Source of the DNA: a virus
Virus record (IMG/VR): IMGVR_UViG_3300020394_000003
Span: 32,001 to 96,000 of that record
Direction: 5' to 3' (one strand)
DNA: 64,000 nucleotides
This document shows, piece after piece, positions 60,460-64,000 of this stretch. Position numbers and translations under genes: made by a program. A model generated the notes under the pieces. The model saw only the letters and a program-made list of their open reading frames with translations, searched no databases and had not been told where the DNA came from. Each line of letters opens with the position of its first letter. Position 1 is the first letter of the stretch.

Positions 60460-61728
60460 ATGTCAGTATACAAGTTCCAGCGCGGCGATATTTTTTACAA
60501 CAGGATCAAAACGTATCCAAAGTTTGGTTATTACGTCTATAACGGGACAACATACATCAACAATAAAATCGCCTCTAGTGGCTCTTTGACTGACACACCT
60601 ATTGGACTAAAATCGGGATTTGTTAGCCTGTATGAAATGAATGTTGATAGAGTCGAAGATAAAGACTCAGGAAGAGTAATATTTGGTGGCACACCCTATG
60701 ATATTAAAGATAGGGGAGTGGTATATCCGTTTATTACAAAAGACGGCACACTGTCATCCTTTAAAACGGTTTCAGCTGGTAGTTTTGCTACATTTGGCTA
60801 TGGAACAGTCATGTCTTCTAGCTATCCTATGACAGCAAGTTTAAGAAGAGAATACTACCAGCTTGGCGAAGCACGCCCTCGCATCACAGCTTTAAGAAAC
60901 ACAATGGATTTTTACACACCGCTTAGCGATCATTACGCTTATAATTCTACTCTCGGTGATAAAAGCAGCCAAAATATGTGTTTGATTTCGATTCCGTCAA
61001 TTATGTATGGCTCGTCGATTAAAAAAGGTTCAGTTTCGTTAAAATATTACTTATCCGGTTCTCTTTTGGCAGAATTGCAAGATACAAATAGAAACGGCGA
61101 ACTAGTACAAGTGACAGGTTCGACATACGCTCAATCACAAGGGAAAGACAAAGTAGCGGGCGTTATCCTCTACAATGAAGGCTTTATCATGCTGACAGGT
61201 AGTTGGCACTTAGAACAAGAAACAGCAGTTTATGGAGGCGGTAAAACAGGTCGTGATTACCTGACTAACGGAGTTCCCGAGCCAAGTCAGTGGCGCCACT
61301 GGGGTCACACGATGGAGGGCGATAGCCAGAATCTAAAAACTGGTGACGACGCCTCTACCGAATATATTAGTTTCGGCTTAGACTATCAAGGCACCAACTA
61401 CGTGCCAGTAATGACCATGCTAGCTCATGCACCAAAGGGTGAACTTAACTATTCTAACAATCCAACTTTTGTAAAGCATGGCCAAGAGAAGAAAATGACA
61501 CCTCTAACTGGCTCTAAATTTTACAGGGAGCACGATTCGATCAGTGCTAAAAACACAATGACATCCAGTTATGCTGACCCGACTGGAAGCTACCAAAAAC
61601 AAACGTTTATATCAAAAATTGGACTTTACGACAAGGACAATAATCTTATTGCGATTGCAACTCTAGCAAATCCGGTGAAAAAATTGGAAGACTTAGATTA
61701 TACTTTTAAATTGAAATTAGATTTCTAG
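60460..61728 (+). CDS. Structural protein, paralog of 58580-59761
   Basis: IKKGS, G.I.YNEG, NYSNNPTF, FISKIGLYD..NNLIAIATLANPVKK...KLKLDF. Confidence 0.6.
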   Translation: MSVYKFQRGDIFYNRIKTYPKFGYYVYNGTTYINNKIASSGSLTDTPIGLKSGFVSLYEMNVDRVEDKDSGRVIFGGTPYDIKDRGVVYPFITKDGTLSSFKTVSAGSFATFGYGTVMSSSYPMTASLRREYYQLGEARPRITALRNTMDFYTPLSDHYAYNSTLGDKSSQNMCLISIPSIMYGSSIKKGSVSLKYYLSGSLLAELQDTNRNGELVQVTGSTYAQSQGKDKVAGVILYNEGFIMLTGSWHLEQETAVYGGGKTGRDYLTNGVPEPSQWRHWGHTMEGDSQNLKTGDDASTEYISFGLDYQGTNYVPVMTMLAHAPKGELNYSNNPTFVKHGQEKKMTPLTGSKFYREHDSISAKNTMTSSYADPTGSYQKQTFISKIGLYDKDNNLIAIATLANPVKKLEDLDYTFKLKLDF

Positions 61729-61737
61729 GAGGAGGAA

Positions 61738-62148
61738 ATGTCAGTCAAAATACACAAGCATTCAAAATCTGCTTGGATTACAAAATGGAGTAAGCAAGAA
61801 AAACCATGGGGAACAGAGATGGTTTGGGCCAGTTTTACGGCGGGACACGGTAAATTGCTTACTTTAAGAAAAGATAATAGGACTAGTCTTAAGTATAATC
61901 CACAAAAAAGCGAATCGCTTATTGTACTTACGGGCAAGGTGCACGCTAAATATGGTGACGAGCATACTCTAAAAGACTCTATTGGTCACCCATGGCAAGA
62001 ATCAATTCTTGAACCGGGCATGACTTTAAACGTACAATCTGGTTGTCCGTATCGACTTACTGCTCTTGAGGATTCACAAATCATTGAGATCGGAAATCAT
62101 TTAGCAGATAGCCCTGTTCGCATTGAAGACGACTACGGAAGACAATAA
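61738..62148 (+). CDS. Cupin (PMI type II-like), degenerate metal site
   Basis: EKPWG and VRIEDDYGR are retained, but the expected His positions read SLKYNPQKSE and PYRL. Confidence 0.7.
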   Translation: MSVKIHKHSKSAWITKWSKQEKPWGTEMVWASFTAGHGKLLTLRKDNRTSLKYNPQKSESLIVLTGKVHAKYGDEHTLKDSIGHPWQESILEPGMTLNVQSGCPYRLTALEDSQIIEIGNHLADSPVRIEDDYGRQ

Positions 62149-62687
62149 TGATACTGGGACTTGACATCTCTACTAGTATCACTGGGGCTACCATACTTGA
62201 CAAAGATGGTAAAATTATCTATAATGATGCATGGGATACAAGAAAATTTAAAACAATGTTTGCTAAAGCTGAGTATGTTAAGGAAAAGTTATTAGATGCT
62301 TTTGAGAACAGCATTGACGATAGCAGTGTGATCAAACATATCTACATCGAGCAAAACCTGCAATCATTTAGAAGCGGTTTTTCGTCAGCAAAAACTTTAT
62401 CTACTCTTTCTAAATTTAATGGCATTGTGTCGTGGATGTGCTACGACTTACTAGAAATAACACCAGAGTATGTAGCAGCGCCAACGGCAAGGAAGCTAGC
62501 CGGCATAAAGATACCTCGCGGAACAAAAGCCAAAGAGGTGGTTCTTAAGTATGTTGAACAAGAAGGTTTACTTGAGATTGAGTATACGAAACACGGAAAT
62601 CCAAAACCACAATTTTATGATCGGGCAGATTCTATAATAATTGCAAAAGCAGGGCACTACTTATTGCAGGAGAAAGATGATGAATAA
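62148..62687 (+). CDS. ruvC: RuvC-like Holliday junction resolvase
   Basis: ILGLDISTSITG; IYIEQ; DRADSIIIA. Confidence 0.8.
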   Translation: MILGLDISTSITGATILDKDGKIIYNDAWDTRKFKTMFAKAEYVKEKLLDAFENSIDDSSVIKHIYIEQNLQSFRSGFSSAKTLSTLSKFNGIVSWMCYDLLEITPEYVAAPTARKLAGIKIPRGTKAKEVVLKYVEQEGLLEIEYTKHGNPKPQFYDRADSIIIAKAGHYLLQEKDDE

Positions 62688-63561
62688 ACATATGGTCGCA
62701 GAGTGGCGAAGCTTTCTTAAAGAAAACAAGCCCGCAGCAGAAGAAGTATCTGATGAAGTAATAAGATTAATTTTTTCTGATGAAATGGATAAAATCTTAC
62801 AAGATCAAAAACTAGATGAGAGTCTGTCCAGTCGCGCTAAATCTATTGCAAAGAAGTACGGCATTCCTCTTGGAATAGCCATGGGTGTTGTTACAGGTGC
62901 AATTAGTGGCAAGCAGTTTGCTGATATGCAAAACGCCCGTAATGCAGAAGTTTCCGCTCAAGCAGATGCGCCCCAGCCCGGAGACTATTCATATCACCTA
63001 AATAAAAGCCGTCTACCCCCCGGCTATTCAGATCTCAGTAATCGAGAGGCAATTGAGAAAGCATGGCAAGACATTGAAAGACTGCCCAGAAAAAGAGCAC
63101 CGGTGTCTGGAACTGCCCCCACGTTAGTTGGCGGAGAAATAAAGGTTTTAAAATTTGGGTATATCCCCACGCAAGAAATAAATCCAGACACAGTACTGCC
63201 TATGTCAGCCATGACTGCTGAAAATTATAGAAATATGCTAGAAGCTAGATTAGCAAAATCTCCCGATGAGTTGATCTATCTTAAGGGAATGATCTTTGGT
63301 GACACTGGAAAATGGGCTAGTGGTACTGGTGAAGAAGTGTTTAGGGTAGAGGGAAACTATGCTATATTGCCTCCCGAATGGTCTATAGCTCATGAAGTGT
63401 ACGCAAGCGCAGTAGAAGAAAGACTGTTTGAAATGGTCAAGTACGTAAGAGAAAGTCCAGAGATGGCTAGCGAAGTTATTTTTAAGCAACTTAATGTAGA
63501 AAATGAAGAACAGTTTAATGAATTTGTTAGTGATCAGCTGTTTAAAATCGGCCGACAGTAA
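62680..63561 (+). CDS. Hypothetical protein, possible internal virion protein
   Basis: AGGAG at 62668-62672 supports ATG 62677/62680. N-terminus MNKHMVAEWRSFLKE; Gly-rich hydrophobic segment GIPLGIAMGVVTGAISG. Confidence 0.6.
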   Translation: MNKHMVAEWRSFLKENKPAAEEVSDEVIRLIFSDEMDKILQDQKLDESLSSRAKSIAKKYGIPLGIAMGVVTGAISGKQFADMQNARNAEVSAQADAPQPGDYSYHLNKSRLPPGYSDLSNREAIEKAWQDIERLPRKRAPVSGTAPTLVGGEIKVLKFGYIPTQEINPDTVLPMSAMTAENYRNMLEARLAKSPDELIYLKGMIFGDTGKWASGTGEEVFRVEGNYAILPPEWSIAHEVYASAVEERLFEMVKYVRESPEMASEVIFKQLNVENEEQFNEFVSDQLFKIGRQ

Positions 63562-63569
63562 AAAAATAG

Positions 63570-63598
63570 TTGACAACGCCGACGACTAGTGGTATATT
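63570..63598 (+). promoter_or_regulatory. Sigma70-type promoter
   Basis: A-tract, TTGACA (63570-63575), 17-nt spacer, TGg-TATATT (63590-63598). AGGAGG at 63607-63612 precedes ATG 63617. Confidence 0.8.
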
Positions 63599-63616
63599 GG
63601 TACTATAGGAGGACTC

Positions 63617-63787
63617 ATGGAGTCAATTAAGCTTGTTTTTGCTGGTTTTTTTATGGGGTTCGCAATCAGCTGTATTCTCGCATCAGTAGCTCGCGCCCCT
63701 AGTGTAACACATATCGACAAGGAGAAGCTACAAGACAAAGAAATCGAAGCTGTCATCTTGCTAGAGATTCCTGAAACTAATGAATGA
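63617..63787 (+). CDS. 56-aa membrane/signal-anchored small protein (not in the ORF track)
   Basis: MESIKLVFAGFFMGFAISCILASVARAPSVTHIDKEKLQDKEIEAVILLEIPETNE*, with a strong RBS and promoter. Confidence 0.7.
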   Translation: MESIKLVFAGFFMGFAISCILASVARAPSVTHIDKEKLQDKEIEAVILLEIPETNE

Positions 63788-64000
63788 GCATGAAAAATAT
63801 AAGATTGTAACAAAAGTTTTGGGTCACTCTTACAGATCTGGCACAGAACATTTGTACCATTGTCCGTATTGTAAGCATCACAAGAAAAAACTATCAGTTA
63901 ATTTTGAGCGTGATGTCTACAAGTGTTGGATATGTGATGCCCGCGGCCGCACCATTCGCCGTATTGTTAGACGTTTTGGAAATTTGACTTTATTAAGGGA
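63780..64000 (+). CDS. DNA primase N-terminal zinc-binding domain (runs off the window; not in the ORF track)
   Basis: MNEHEKYKIV...YHCPYCKHHKKKLSVNFERDVYKCWICDARG has two CxxC pairs; the frame is open to the window end. Confidence 0.75.
   Translation, partial: MNEHEKYKIVTKVLGHSYRSGTEHLYHCPYCKHHKKKLSVNFERDVYKCWICDARGRTIRRIVRRFGNLTLLR

Larger units (their letters stand above)
1..64000 (+). mobile_element. Segment of a large (jumbo-type) myovirus-like phage genome
   Basis: gp25-, gp6- and gp5-like baseplate genes, giant virion proteins, phage-type sigma factor, PhoH, RuvC and primase. All genes are co-oriented with minimal intergenic space, and no cellular housekeeping genes are present. Confidence 0.9.

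Noticed and set aside
195-63813. All minus-strand ORFs and short nested plus-strand ORFs in the track
   Set aside because: They are shadows of longer, motif-bearing + strand genes and have no recognisable motifs of their own.
1-64000. Stop-codon reassignment, as in some jumbo phages
   Set aside because: Code 11 gives near-complete coding density, and TAA, TAG and TGA all end genes at sensible boundaries.

Overview
The whole 64 kb reads as one segment of a large (jumbo-type) contractile-tailed dsDNA phage genome. About 50 tightly packed genes lie on the + strand in the standard genetic code, many coupled by ATGA/TAATG overlaps; I saw no tRNA, rRNA or CRISPR array. Gene order: PIN-PhoH, a permuted NlpC/P60 protein, a zincin and a Cas4-like nuclease (1-4.1 kb); a ~17 kb glycan-biosynthesis island (4.1-21.3 kb) with three GT4s, NeuB and NeuA, two Cst-II/DUF115-like putative nonulosonate transferases, several GT-A proteins, a nucleotidyltransferase, two HAD phosphatases, a PMI cupin, a methyltransferase, a sulfotransferase, a 2OG-Fe(II) dioxygenase, and unexpected PrimPol-like and ParB-like genes; a phage sigma factor; a ~39 kb baseplate/tail module (gp5-like, spike, gp25, gp6, 2523-aa and 4317-aa giants, tail-collar-like paralogs, a J-domain protein); then RuvC and the start of a primase. 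The best candidate for an undescribed system is phage-encoded virion glycosylation with a sialic-acid-like sugar (probably Kdn). A matching candidate acceptor motif, [S/T]-[G/A/S]-S, is strongly enriched in a subset of tail proteins. A separate genome-wide signal is apparently complete avoidance of CCWGG, visible in Pro-Gly codon choice. All family assignments come from motif recognition by eye and all counts are hand counts; no searches were run.
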